DNA from: Chrysomallon squamiferum
Taxonomy: Eukaryota > Animalia > Mollusca
NCBI GenBank assembly: GCA_012295275.1
Contig: CM022677.1
Location: 5,518,001-5,582,000 of the forward strand
DNA length: 64,000 bases
Direction of reading: 5' to 3'
Shown here: piece by piece, positions 47,526 to 63,000 of the stretch
How positions within the stretch are numbered: position 1 is the first letter of the stretch
How the letters are laid out: each line of letters starts with the position of its first letter
Made by a program: the position numbers and the translations under genes
Notes under the pieces: generated by a model
Seen by the model: the letters and a program-made list of their open reading frames with translations, nothing else
Told to the model about the DNA's origin: nothing
Databases searched by the model: none

Positions 47526-48131
47526 TACTCTTTATTTTTCTTGTTATTGTTTAGATTACTACATGCTACAGCAGGAGTTGATACACGTTTTTCAACATGA
47601 CACAAGCATGCAGGTTAAAGGTCATAGTTCATCTGCACAGGGAGCTTGTTAACAGGCTTTGGAATTTGATTTGTTCAGTAAGTGAAGTCCTTCTTTTTTG
47701 TCTGTTTTTAAATTATTATTATCTACATATTAGATAATTTAATAAGTGTGTAGGTCTCTGTAATTTTATTTCTTTTCTAAATTGCTTCCTTATTGTTTTT
47801 TAGTTTTATTTTGTATTGTATTTTCTATTGTATTATGTATGCAACATAAATCATCATTATTTTAAAGCGTGTTTTTGTGAGAGATATAAGGTGTTAGGCA
47901 GTTCTATTCTGTCTACTTATTTAAAATAAAGATATCAACAAAATATTTTTAATAACAAACAACATTTTATATGATTAATTAAACATTTCAGGTGTAAGAT
48001 GAATTATAATATATTTTAACCTCACAAACAAAACACTTTCAATTTTTTTTTTTTTTTTTTAACATGTCATAATGAAGTTGTAAATTTTTAAAGTTAAATT
48101 TCCAGTAACTTTTGTTATTATAATTATAATT

Positions 48132-48240
<109 letters not shown>

Positions 48241-49199
48241 TATTTTACTGTCAGTATACTTACATGAATGAAGATAATTTTTTTGTAATAAAGTATTGTA
48301 TTTGAATAGCCAAACTGAGAGAATAAAAATAATCTAATGAAAATAATGTGGTGTTTTATTTTTATTTTGAAGGTTGCTAAGGAGACTAGCAAAGTGTTGA
48401 GAGAGAGAAGAGTTCAGTGTGTCTCTCTTGACAGATTAGCTGCTGATGTTGTAGACTTGATGAGATGGAGACAGGAGTGTGTGTGTTTCTTTGACAGTGA
48501 GTGACACCAAATTATGAAGAAGATTGTTGTTATATATATATATTTCCTGTATATTCACTATTTAAGTGACAAACTGTATATAAATATTAATGTTATATAT
48601 ATTTATCTATATTTGTGTTAGATGTGTTAGTTTCTGTGTTAGAATATCATTGTTTGTTTCTGCTCCAATGTCTGTTTTGTCACTGTTATCACTAAATATG
48701 TTTCATTAATAAAGAGATGAAGCCAGTTTCCTGGTTTGGTAAAGTATTACAATTTATATCTGATAAATATAAATAAGAAAATACATGTAAACCACAGATT
48801 CAGAATAGCTGTAGGTTTTGGTGTCATGCTGAATTTCTATTAAATGACATTTTAAAACATTTCTCTACAGAGTTTTAAATTATATATTTTGAATTTTTGT
48901 TCAGTTAATAACTGCTCTGTATTCAGCTTTTGTGATATTACTTGAACACTGAAGACATAAGTTTGTGATAAACAGGCTGTAGGTAATGTTAAGTAGATTG
49001 TGATGTTTACTGTTTTGTTTTTTAGTTGAGTATCCTGTGTTCAGACTGGCTGGTGAACAAGGTGGGAGTACTTTAACTTTTCATCAAGATGGTTTCTCTC
49101 TGAGGCAGCTGGTCAAGTTGAGGAGTAGGAAATGTCTGGAAGTGTCACCCCACTGTTGTCCAGCTTCTTGGAAAGTCTCATTCCTAGTAAGTAATGTCT

Positions 49200-50410
49200 G
49201 TTAGAAATCACTGTCAGTTTAAAATCAACATTTCTCAACTTTTTATCTTTACAATTTCAAACACACTTGTTAAAAAAACTGTGTCAGTTTAAAATCAGCA
49301 TTTCTCAACTTTTTATCTTTACAATTTCAAACACACTTGTTAGAAAACTGTGTCAGTTTAAAATCAACATTTCTCAACTTTTTATCTTTACAATTTCAAA
49401 CACACTTGTTAGAAAACTGTGTCAGTTTAAAATCAGCATTTCTCAACTTTTTATCTTTACAATTTCAAACACACTTGTTAAAAAAACTGTGTGTTTAAAA
49501 TCAGCATTTTCAACTTTTTAAAATTTCTTGTTAAAAAAGCATTTCAGCATTTCTCAACTTTTTATCTTTCAATTTCAAACACACTTGTTAAAAAATTTCA
49601 GTTTAAAAAATTTCTCAACTTTTTATCTTTACAATTTCAAACACACTTGTTAAAAAAACTGTGTCAGTTTAAAATCAGCATTTCTCAACTTTTTATCTTT
49701 CAATTTACTTGTTAGAAAACTTTCAGTTTAAAAAACACTTTTTATCTTTACAATTTCAAACACAAAAAAACTGTGTCAGTTTAAAATCAGCATTTCTCAA
49801 CTTTTTTATCTTTACAATTTCAAACACACTTGTTAGAAACACTGTGTTAATCAACAAACTTTTTATCTTTACAATTTCAAACACACTTGTTAGAAAAACT
49901 GTGTCAGTTTAAAATCAGCATTTCTCAACTTTTTATCTTTACAATTTCAAACACACTTGTTAAAAAACTGTGTCAGTTTAAAATCAGCATTTCTCAACTT
50001 TTTATCTTTACAATTTCAAACACACTTGTTAAAAAAACTGTGTCAGTTTAAAATCAGCATTTCTCAACTTTTTATCTTTACAATTTCAAACACACTTGTT
50101 AAAAACTGTGTCAGTTTAAAATCAGCATTTCTCAACTTTTTATCTTTACAATTTCAAACACACTTGTTAGAAAACTGTGTCAGTTTAAAATCAGCATTTC
50201 TCAACTTTTTATCTTTACAATTTCAAACACACTTGTTAAAAACTGTGTCAGTTTAAAATCAGCAGTTCTCAACTTTTTATCTTTACAATTTCAAACACAC
50301 TTGTTAAAAACTGTGTCAGTTTAAAATCAGCATTTCTCAACTTTTTATCTTTACAATTTCAAACACACTTGTTAGAAAACTGTGTCAGTTTAAAATCAAC
50401 TTGTTAGAAA
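49200..50410 (+). repeat. 69-70-bp minisatellite, about 17 copies
   Basis: Unit gtcagtttaaaatcagcatttctcaactttttatctttacaatttcaaacacacttgttagaaaactgt. It starts about 13 nt after the donor at 49187. Confidence 0.97.
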
Positions 50411-50689
50411 CTGTTAACACACAGCTGCATACAGATTTTAGAAAACTGGCAAAACACTTGTTTATTTATTTAATAATAATCTGTATGAAATACTGAAACT
50501 TTTTATGATGTTGAATTTTAGAATTCTGTGTTAAAATTTCTTAAAGGAAGCATGTTAAACTTAACAATAAATATTTTAATAGTGTTGATAAATGTGCTGC
50601 TTATAGCCTAGTGGTGTTCTTTTCTGACTTAAGTTAGTTTGTTGCATATAATAATATCTATTTTGTTATAAATTATAGCATATGTACAA

Positions 50690-50778
<89 letters not shown>

Positions 50779-51316
50779 ATATAAATAAATATATTCAAAT
50801 TAGTTTTGAAATATTATTAATAATTGTTAAATAATTTTTCTGCAGTTGTGTCATGCAACTTAGCAAGAAAGTTCAGTAGTAAAAAGGTGAGTATTTTGTT
50901 TGATTTTCTCTGTTTAATCATACTTTTTATTTGTTTGTTTGTTTGTTTGTTTATTATTGTTTTTATTATTATTTTTATTAATGTTGTTTTATTATTAATG
51001 TCATTGCTATTGCTGTTATTATTATTATCTTTTTAAAATTTATTTCAAATAGTGGGAAATTAATTAAGTTATTAATTTCAGCACAGTTAAGAATTGATTT
51101 TTTCTCCAATCTTGTTTTACATTCTTATATAAAAACATAAATTAAAGGTTTTGTTCTCCATATATCCTGATAAACTTGTTTTGTTTTTGTCAAACATTAT
51201 TATCAAATAATAAAATACTCACACAGTAGCATGCAAATATATTCAGTATTCTTTTTTGTTCCTGTCAGTGAAATATATTTTAAATAGTTTGTCAGATGCA
51301 TATTTTTATATTAAAA

Positions 51317-51347
<31 letters not shown>

Positions 51348-51467
51348 AAGTGTTTTCATACTTTTCAGATGTAGTTGATGTTTGTTGGATCCTGTTATTG
51401 GAAAATGTCAGCTGAATTTCAGTCTGCAGGGCATGAATGACTGGTTAGTAAATCTACAGCTTCACGA

Positions 51468-51809
51468 TAGAAATTCTCACTAGTCATTGACACACAATTC
51501 AGTAAGTCTGCATGTCTGGTGTAGGACTGGGACATAGAAATTCTCACTAGTCATTGACACACAATTCAGTAAGTCTGCATGTCTGGTGTAGGACTCGGGA
51601 CATAGAAATTCTCACTAGTCATTGACACACAATTCAGTAAGTCTGCATGTCTGGTGTAGGACTGGGACATAGAAATTCTCACTAGTCATTGACACACAAT
51701 TCAGTAAGTCTGCATGTCTGGTGTAGGACTGGGACATAGAAATTCTCACTAGTCATTGACACACAATTCAGTAAGTCTGCATGTCTGGTGTAGGACTGGG
51801 ACATAGAAA
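51468..51809 (+). repeat. 67-bp minisatellite x5 spanning a splice donor
   Basis: Units start at 51468, 51535, 51603, 51670 and 51737. Each has TTCA|gtaagt. Confidence 0.97.
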
Positions 51810-52935
51810 ATCTTATTTTGTGTAGTTCTGGTTTTCTGATTTATGAATGTCCTGGGAAGTAGAAGTAACTAATTTGTTTACATTCTAGTGTTACTGTTTG
51901 GGGTAGCAACCAAGCAAGTCTGTTGTGTGTGTTTTCTTTTCTTTTATTGTTATTTATTCTTTTTCTCCTCAGTTTTGTTTTATTTCATTCATATTGGTCT
52001 CTACTGTTTTAAAGGATTTCTGTCCCAGGTAGTATTTGATTGAGCATGTCCTCTTTGAATATTTAATATTTTGTGTATCTTGTAATAGCTGTAGTCACAA
52101 TTATTGTCATCCTGTCATTACTGTAAGTTTTGTTTTCAGTATGAATCATGGAACTGAATTATGGAAACAATGCATTACTGAAATTTGAACTGAATAGTTT
52201 GTTGTGTTAACATACAGACAGACAATGTAGAGGTAGACAGATTTACACCAGAGACATTAAAACTTGGGTGTTGCTGTATATGATTTTAACATTTTATTTT
52301 ATTTTGTTTTATTTGTAATACAACAACATAACCACTGAACTGAACTGTTAGTGCTGACAATTGCCCTGTGGTACAGGACTGGTTCACTGTTATCTTTTGA
52401 CTGCATACATTATCATGTGGGTAAAAGGGCAGTGAATGGGTACCAGGACATAGATCCTAATTAGTATACATCAACAAGTCCTGTGACATACAATTCATTT
52501 TAGGACCATTTATAAAAGTTTATCTGGATCCCGCACCATAACTGTATGACTCAGCAAATGTGACACCCAAATCTGTGATTCATTTCTTCTGCTTTGAAAA
52601 GACAGGATGCACTAAATCAAAATTAACAGCATAAAAATGTGTTCTCTTGTATGATGCCTATTTATTTAAAAAAAATAAAAAATAAAATGATTCTTATTTA
52701 AGTATAATATTACAACAAAACTCACACAGATGTCTTTGAATGATTATACAGTATGTCATGAATAAAATTACATTTCATGTTCTGTACTTCTGTCAGTTTC
52801 TTGTGCTTCTTTTTCTCTTGCTTCCACCTCAGTGTATTCCTTAAAAGGGTGTTGACTTCCATTTTTGAACATTAAAATGTATTAAATTAAAATTCACATG
52901 GTAATATTTGTTTTAATGAGTTTTTAAAATTATTT

Positions 52936-52966
<31 letters not shown>

Positions 52967-55851
52967 TTTTTGGTTTGTTTGTGTTGTTTAGGGGAGGGTT
53001 GTTGAATATTTTGTTGTTTTTCTTTTAATTTAATTTAATTTAATTTAACTGAATTTAATTGAATTTTAAATTTGTATTTGTCTGTGTTTGTCATAAATTT
53101 AAATTTAATATAGATTAAAGTAATTAACTGGTGTCATATGTATCTTGTTTTTTACCTGCTGTGCTTGAGAAATGTCCATTTTGTTTTTCTTTTTAGCTTG
53201 CTATTAGATGTCCTGGGTGAGTTCCCTCCTGTTTTGAATTATTTTATTATTATTTTTTTTTTTCTTATGTCATGTTTCTTCATAAATAATTGCTTTTCAA
53301 AATTATTGAAATTTTAAACAACAACTAAATAATGTAGAGATTGAACAATTCTTAACATAATTTTTGTTCAATCAATTATTCTAGATATCTTTTTCATATC
53401 ATCAGCAATAACTGTTTATCTATATAACTAGTGGCAAATTAAAACATGTAAAACAAAATTCTGTTTTTTTTTTCCCTACAGAAATTTGCCGAACATCTCA
53501 TGGTTCTTCCTGACTGTAAAATAACATTTGACTGCCTCAGACCTGACTTTGACATCTCATGTGTGTCAGGTGGACAGTCACTGGACAGCAGCAAGTAAGT
53601 AATTTTAATGTGCAAATTAGTTGATTTGAGTAAATAGAAACTTTCATGACCGACTTTTCAAATTAAGTATTTAACATATGTTAATTTATTCACAACAATT
53701 ATATTATTTTGAGATTATACTAACAGGTTTTTCAACTGATATTAAAAGGGTATTTGAAGCTATTTCTTCTTCCTTTCATGATTTTTTTCATTCTCATTGT
53801 TGTTTTGTTTTAAGTTAAGGACAGAGGTCAGATAATATTAAAAATTATTTTCATACACTGAAGATATAAAACAATTATAAATACTGTTCTTAGACATTAA
53901 TCAATATAAATGTAAATTTAACAGTTATTTCTTTTTAAAGTTTTAATTACTCAAGAACGTAAAATCAAGATATGAAATGTTATATGTAAATTTAGGTTGA
54001 GATTAGGAGGAACAGGATTTCAGTGTAAACTCAGTAACAGAAGAACGTCTCTGGGAATATAGCACAACTTTCTCTGAGGAGGCAGACGTCATTTCAGTTG
54101 ATGGACAAATTAAACAGCTTCAGGTAAATTATTAAAATAAAAAATAAAAGAATTATAAATATGACTACCTGTTGAGGATTTATTAAAATTAAATTTTTGA
54201 GGTTTTATAACTTGGTGTTCTGTTACTGAATAAAAAAAAAATAGTATAATTTTTTTTTTATTAATAACAAAAAGTCATAATTTCAGTTAGAAAGTTGTAA
54301 TTCCTATCAGATGATACTTTAGAAATCTCAAAATAATTGAAAATTGTCTTTATTTGTTACTGATAGATTTATTGTTTTGTGATCATCGTATCATTTTGTT
54401 TTTTTTATTTCCTTTCATGTGATAAAGATGTTTTTGTATAATTACCAAATTCTCTGGAATATTATTTGCAGAATATTTTATTTATAAAGTTTTATTTTAT
54501 TATTATTTTTTTAAATATATTCTCAGTTTAATTTATTATCTGAATGAAAATGATGAAGCACATTGTTAGTTAATATAACTAAGATGTAAAACTGTGAACA
54601 CAGCCAAAAGCTCCTCAGGACAAAAACCCATCCAATCAAAAAATTCACAGGCAGACAAAAACCAGCCATAAATAAAAATATAAGGTAGTGCAAATTCTCC
54701 CCAGCTTTAATAACTGATTTGAAAGTAATCTACTTAATCAGCATACAGGTGACATAGCATACATTAGAAGTTGTGAATTTAGTCATGAAGTCATGTGATC
54801 CAGTGACATCTAGAGTTTTTGTCAGCTTTTGATATTACATTTTGTAAATTATATTTACTTTTAAAATGGTGAAATTCCCAAAATGTACTCAGGTTTGATA
54901 TCTCATTTTGTGTCAAGTGACTGTGTATGCTCTGATATAAAGTATCTTCATGTTGCCTTCATCTTAATTATGTTTATGATCAAAGAAACACATTAAATTG
55001 ATAACACCAGCATTTCTAGTGTATGTGTAAATCTGTCTATAAATTTATACTTTTTCTCTTTTTTGTTTAATCCTGAGAGTTTTATCAACATCTTCAGTTT
55101 CAGAAACGCAGTCCTACTTTGTCCTGTGAAACGAAACACAAACAGAAAACTCTCAACATGGTGACTATCAGCAAGTTTCCTCCTCACCTCAAAGTATCAA
55201 ACATGTCCAGTCCATGACCCTGACTGATTTTGAAGATGCAGAAGTAGAATAAGGTAAGCTTGAACTTCTTAATAAAATTTTATTTTTGTCTTCAAGTATC
55301 AGATCGTTTGTATTTTATAATATAGTTATATGTTAGGCAAACTTACATTTATTCACAAAGATAAGTAAACGCTAAAACTTAAATGGTTTACTTGTGGTGT
55401 TTGCAAATAACTGAAATAAGAATGTTAATAGCAGATATATAGACTGTACACACTTATATCAGAAATAAAATCTTAAATAGTCGACTTGGATATTTGAAAA
55501 GAATTGAAATAAGAAAATTATAGTGTTAACAGTATATATGGCTATATCCAGTATCATGATATTTTATTTTCAGATCCATTTGTTTGTCTTCATTCTTTTG
55601 AATCAAGTGTCTTCCTTCTCACTGAGATTATGATTCATTACACTCAAGTAAGAGATAAACAAGTTACATTACTTACACCTGTTGCTTAATATTAATATTC
55701 ACTATTAAAATATGGAAACATTTGTGATATTTTCATATTATAATTTTATAATATGAAATGGTAAGATGATCTAATAACAAATTCTGAAAGTGTAACATAA
55801 TTGTAATTATCTGAGTTACATAATGCTTGTTTTTTCTATTCTGCAAATTAA

Positions 55852-56030
55852 TGTCTATCTGAATTTAGCACACAAACTGGAACTTTGAAATGGTTAAAAC
55901 TTGCGAGGGGTAAAATTCTCCCAGTATCTGGGTCTGTGTTATTTAGAAAAGCTGAGGAATTTGCTAGAATGTTTAAGATGTAAAGTTTAAAGCTGTGTCT
56001 GTGTGACTGGATACATTTAAGTGTCACACT
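55852..56030 (+). mobile_element. pogo/Tigger (CENP-B-type HTH) transposase fragment
   Basis: LKWLKLARGKILPVSGSVLFRKAEEFARMFKM*SLK, then frameshifted *LDTFKCH. This matches W...R...LPVSGP.L..KA..FA...FKAS.GWL.RFK.RH. Confidence 0.8.
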
Positions 56031-57065
56031 GGATGAAAAATAACACAATTTTAATAAACAAAATTGTTTTAGAAAATGTACATAAATTTTAGTTTTTTTT
56101 TCAGATAAATGTTTCAGGTTTTTTGTAAAAGGAAATGCATATACACAGATTACATAATAATAATAATACATAACATAACCCCTACAGACATAGTAAATGG
56201 AAATATGGTTTTTAAACTTCATTTGTTTATTTTTGTTTATCATCTATCTTTTTTGTACTATCCTAACATTTTTAGAAAGATGCTGTATGAAAACTATTTC
56301 TGCTAGAGTTTTCAAATGTGGAATATACAGAATTAAAACAAACACTACAAAATAACACAAAGAAAGTCTGGGAAATACTGACTATTCTTTTCAGATAACC
56401 TCTACACACCTTTCTGTTGTTTCAAAATATGAATAAATTTCAATTTAGTTTTTCTAAATTATTTCTAAAGTGTGTAAACAGAGACTAATTTCTTTCTGTT
56501 ATTTTGTAGAAATACAGCAGTTTGAATAATATGTATATACTGGTTTGGGTTGGAGAGGTTCATGAAATGGGGTACTAGTAATTCATATTATATAACAGAA
56601 ATAAAATATTATAAAAAAAAAAAAAAAAAAAAAAAATTAAAATAAAGAAAAAAAAAAAAAAAAAAAATCCATAGTAATCAATCAGAACTGATAAATGTGG
56701 GTTCTTTGTGTTCTTGTTTTTGTTTCACCTGATAAAACATTCAGAAAGTAAAAACTAAAGTAAAAACCTTTTTTTCATTAATGCACTAGACAGAATTAAT
56801 TGACTATAACATGCAGGTTTTCTAGCAGAATGTCAACAAACAAAACACTAATGAGAAGTGAGTATAAACATTATATAACAGTAAATTCAGGTGAGGCATT
56901 CATGTCAACAGATAGTTGTATTACTTTTTAATTTTTATTTCTTTATTTACATTATAAAATAATAAATTGATTTATTTATTATATTTTTTGAAATATTACT
57001 TTTTTTAAGGTTCTTTTAATAATTTTCTGATTTACTTAATGTTTTATATTTTTATAATTTTCCAA

Positions 57066-60000
57066 ATAGTTAACAGATTCATTGATTGGTAAGGTAAACT
57101 GTTTATGTGTACAGTTTACATTTGTAATTACTATCAGATGTTTTATGTTTTTTCACAATTATTTTTGCTAGTTAACAGACTCAGTGATTGGTATTAGTAA
57201 ACTGTGTGTACATTACATTTGTAATATGTTACTGTTTCAGATCAGATGTTTTACATCACACATCCAGTGCTAGTTAACAGACTCAGTGATTGGTAAGTAA
57301 AACATTTGTTGTACATGTTTTACATTTGTAATACTATCATTTGTTTTACATCACACATCCATGTCACACATCCAGTTAACAGACTGAGTGAAAATAGTAA
57401 GTAATTTGTGTGTACATTACATTTGTAATTGTTACTATCAGATGTTTTACATCACACATCCAGTGCTAGTTAACAGACTCAGTGATTGGTAAGTAAACTG
57501 TGTGTACATTACATTTGTAATACTATCAGATGTTTTACATCACACATCCAGTGCTAGTTAACAGACTCAGTGATTGGTAAGTAAACTGTGTGTACATTAC
57601 ATTTGTAATACTGTTACTATCAGATGTTTTACATCACACATCCAGTGCTAGTTAACAGATTCAGTGATTGGTAAGTAAACTGTGTGTACATTACATTTTG
57701 TTACTATCAGATGTTTTACATCACACATCCAGTGCTAGTTAACAGACTCAGTGATTGGTAAGTAAACTGTGTGTACATTACATTTGTAATACATTTGTTA
57801 CTATCAGATGTTTTACATCACACATCCAGTGCTAGTTAACAGACTCAGTGATTGGTAAGTAAACTGTGTGTACATTACATTTGTAATACTGTTACTATCA
57901 GATGTTTTACATCACACATCCAGTGCTAGTTAACAGACTCAGTGATTGGTAAGTAAACTGTGTGTACATTACATTTGTAATACTATCAGATGTTTTACAT
58001 CACACATCCAGTGCTAGTTAACAGACTGAGTGATTGGTAAGTAAACTGTGTGTACATTACATTTGTAATACTATCAGATGTTTTACATCACACATCCAGT
58101 GCTAGTTAACAGACTCAGTGATTGGTAAGTAAACTGTGTGTACATTACATTTGTAATACTGTTACTATCAGATGTTTTACATCACACATCCAGTGCTAGT
58201 TAACAGACTCAGTGATTGGTAAGTAAACTGTGTGTACATTACATTTTTTAATAATACTATCAGATGTTTTACATCACACATCCAGTGCTAGTTAACAGAC
58301 TGAGTGATTGGTAAGTAAACTGTGTGTACATTACATTTGTAATAGTATCAGATGTTTTACATCACACATCCAGTAATACTATCAGATGTTTTACATCACA
58401 CATCCAGTGCTAGTTAACAGACTCAGTGATTGGTAAGTAAACTGTGTGTACATTACATTTGTAATACATTTGTTACTATCAGATGTTTTACATCACACAT
58501 CCAGTGCTAGTTAACAGATTGAGTGATTGGTAAGTAAACTGTGTGTACATTACATTTGTGTACTATTACATTTGTAATAACTGTGTACATTACATTTGTT
58601 TGTTACTATCAGATGTTTTACATCACACATCCAGTGCTAGTTAACAGACTCAGTGATTGGTAAGTAAACTGTGTGTACATTACATTTGTAATACTATCAG
58701 ATGTTTTACATCACACATCCAGTGCTAGTTAACAGACTCAGTGATTGGTAAGTAAACTGTGTGTACATTACATTTGTAATACTATTACTATCAGATGTTT
58801 TACATCACACATCCAGTGCTAGTTAACAGACTCAGTGATTGGTAAGTAAACTGTGTGTACATTACATTTGTAATACTATCAGATGTTTTACATCACACAT
58901 CCAGTGCTAGTTAACAGACTCAGTGATTGGTAAGTAACCTGTGTGTACATTACATTTGTAATACTATCAGATGTTTTACATCACACATCCAGTGCTAGTT
59001 AACAGACTCAGTGATTGGTAAGTAAACTGTGTGTACATTACATTTGTAATATTTGTTACTATCAGATGTTTTACATCACACATCCAGTGCTAGTTAACAG
59101 ACTCAGTGATTGGTAAGTAAACTGTGTGTACATTACATTTGTAATACTGTTACTATCAGATGTTTTACATCACACATCCAGTGCTAGTTAACAGACTCAG
59201 TGATTGGTAAGTAAACTGTGTACATTACATTTGTAATACATTTGTAATACTATCAGATGTTTTACATCACACATCCAGTGCTAGTTAACAGATTGAGTGA
59301 TTGGTAAGTAAACTGTGTGTACATTACATTTGTAATACATTTGTAATACTATCAGATGTTTTACATCACACATCCAGTGCTAGTTAACAGACTCAGTGAT
59401 TGGTAAGTAAACTGTGTGTACATTACATTTGTAATACATTTGTTACTATCAGATGTTTTACATCACACATCCAGTGCTAGTTAACAGACTCAGTGATTGG
59501 TAAGTAAACTGTGTGTACATTACATTTGTAATACATTTGTAATACTATCAGATGTTTTACATCACACATCCAGTGCAGTTAACCAGTGCTAGTTAATCAG
59601 ATGTTTTACATCACACATCCAGTGCTAGTTAACATTGGTAAGTAAACTGTGTGTACATTACATTTGTAATACATTTGTTACTATCAGATGTTTTACATCA
59701 CACATCCAGTGCTAGTTAACAGACTCAGTGATTGGTAAGTAAACTGTGTGTACATTACATTTGTAATACTGTTACTATCAGATGTTTTACATCACACATC
59801 CAGTGCTAGTTAACAGACTCAGTGATTGGTAAGTAAACTGTGTGTACATTACATTTGTAATACTATCAGATGTTTTACATCACACATCCAGTGCTAGTTA
59901 ACAGACTCAGTGATTGGTAAGTAAACTGTGTGTACATTACATTTGTAATACTATCAGATGTTTTACATCACACATCCAGTGCTAGTTAACAGACTCAGTG

Positions 60001-63000
60001 ATTGATTGGTAAGTAAACTGTGTGTACATTACATTTGTAATACATTTGTTACTATCAGATGTTTTACATCACACATCCAGTGCTAGTTAACAGACTCAGT
60101 GATTGGTAAGTAAACTGTGTGTGTACATGTTTTTACATTTAGTTACATTTGTGTTACATTATCAGATGTTTTAGATGTTTTCACACATCCAGTGCTAGTT
60201 AACAGACTCAGTGATTGGTAAGTAAACTGTGTGTACATTACATTTGTAATATCTGTTACTATCAGATGTTTTACATCACACATCCAGTGCTAGTTAACAG
60301 ACTCAGTGATTGGTAAGTAAACTGTGTGTACATTACATTTGTGTACATTACATTTTTACATACATCCCTGTTACTATCAGATGTAATACTATCAGATGTT
60401 TTACATCACACATCCAGTGCTAGTTAACAGACTCAGTGATTGGTAAGTAAACTGTGTGTACATTACATTTGTAATACTGTTACTATCAGATGTTTTACAT
60501 CACACATCCAGTGCTAGTTAACAGACTCAGTGATTGGTAAGTAAACTGTGTGTACATTACATTTGTAATACTGTTACTATCAGATGTTTTACATCACACA
60601 TCCAGTGCTAGTTAACAGACTCAGTGATTGGTAAGTAAACTGTGTGTACATTACATTTGTAATTTGTTACTATCAGATGTTTTACATCACACATCCAGTG
60701 CTAGTTAACAGACTCAGTGATTGGTAAGTAAACTGTGTGTACATTACATTTGTAATACTATCAGATGTTTTACATCACACATCCAGTGCTAGTTAACAGA
60801 CTGAGTGATTGGTAAGTAAACTGTGTGTACATTACATTTGTGATACTATCAGATGTTTTACATCACACATCCAGTGCTAGTTAACAGACTCAGTGATTGG
60901 TAAGTAAACTGTGTGTACATTACATTTGTAGATGTTTTACATACATCCATCAGTTATGTTTTACATGTGTGTACATTACATCCATACTATCAGATGTGTT
61001 TTACATCACACATCCAGTGCTAGTTAACAGACTCAGTGATTGGTAAGTAAACTGTGTGTACATTACATTTGTAATACATTTGTTACTATCAGATGTTTTA
61101 CATCACACATCCAGTGCTAGTTAACAGACTCAGTGATTGGTAAGTAAACTGTGTACATTACATGTTACATTACATTTGTAATACTATCAGATGTTTTACA
61201 TCACACATCCAGTGCTAGTTAACAGACTCAGTGATTGGTAAGTAAACTGTGTGTACATTACATTTGTAATACATTTGTTACTATCAGATGTTTTACATCA
61301 CACATCCAGTGCTAGTTAACAGACTCAGTGATTGGTAAGTAAACTGTGTGTACATTACATTTGTAATACTGTTACTATCAGATGTTTTACATCACACATC
61401 CAGTGCTAGTTAACAGACTCAGTGATTGGTAAGTAAACTGTGTGTACATTACATTTGTAATACATTTGTAATACTATCAGATGTTTTACATCACACATCC
61501 AGTGCTAGTTAACAGACTCAGTGATTGGTAAGTAAACTGTGTGTACATTACATACTGTTACTATCAGATGTTTTACATCACACATCCAGTGCTAGTTAAC
61601 AGACTCAGTGATTGGTAAGTAAACTGTGTGTACATTACATTTTATACATTTGTTACTATCAGATGTTTTACATCACACATCCAGTGCTAGTTAACAGACT
61701 GAGTGATTGGTAAGTAAACTGTGTGTACATTACATTTGTAATACTATCAGATGTTTTACATCACACATCCAGTGCTAGTTAACAGACTGAGTGATTGGTA
61801 AGTAAACTGTGTGTACATTACATTTGTAATACTATCAGATGTTTTACATCACACATCCAGTGCTAGTTAACAGACTCAGTGATTGGTAAGTAAACTGTGT
61901 GTACATTACATTTTTACTATAGATGTTTTACATTTGTTACTATCAGATGTACATTACATTTTTACATCACACATCCAGTGCTAGTTAACAGACTCAGTGA
62001 TTGGTAAGTAAACTGTGTGTACATTACATTTGTAATACATTTGTTACTATCAGATGTTTTACATCACACATCCAGTGCTAGTTAACAGACTCAGTGATTG
62101 GTAAGTAAACTGTGTGTACATTACATTTGTAATACATTTGTTACTATCAGATGTTTTACATCACACATCCAGTGCTAGTTAACAGATTGAGTGATTGGTA
62201 AGTAAACTGTGTGTACATTACATTTTAATACATTTGTAATTTGTTACTATCAGATGTTTTACATCACACATCCAGTGCTAGTTAACAGACTCAGTGATTG
62301 GTAAGTAAACTGTGTGTACATTACATTTGTAATATTTGTTACTATCAGATGTTTTACATCACACATCCAGTGCTAGTTAACAGACTCAGTGATTGGTAAG
62401 TAAACTGTGTGTACATTACATTTGTAATACTATCAGATGTTTTACATCACACATCCAGTGCTAGTTAACAGACTCAGTGATTGGTAAGTAAACTGTGTGT
62501 ACATTACATTTCTGTTACTATCAGATGTTTTACATCACACATCCAGTGCTAGTTAACAGACTCAGTGATTGATTGGTAAGTAAACTGTGTACATTACATT
62601 TGTACATTTGTAACTGTTACTATCAGATGTTTTACATCACACATCCAGTGCTAGTTAACAGACTCAGTGATTGGTAAGTAAACTGTGTGTACATTACATT
62701 TGTAATACATTTGTAATACTATCAGATGTTTTACATCACACATCCAGTGCTAGTTAACAGACTGAGTGATTGGTAAGTAAACTGTGTGTACATTACATTT
62801 GTAATACATTTGTTACTATCAGATGTTTTACATCACACATCCAGTGCTAGTTAACAGACTCAGTGATTGGTAAGTAAACTGTGTGTACATTACATTTTTG
62901 TAAACTGTGTTACATTTGTAATATCAGATGTTTTACATCACACATCCAGTGCTAGTTAACAGACTGAGTGAGTGATTGGTAAGTAAACTGTGTGTACATT

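Noticed and set aside
49267-50256. Repetitive ORFs of 67-99 aa
   Set aside because: They are translations of the 69-bp minisatellite.
51369-52560. Possible retroelement peptides (antisense MTSENFYREAVDLL; KFIWIPHH)
   Set aside because: The motifs are too short to assign without a database search.
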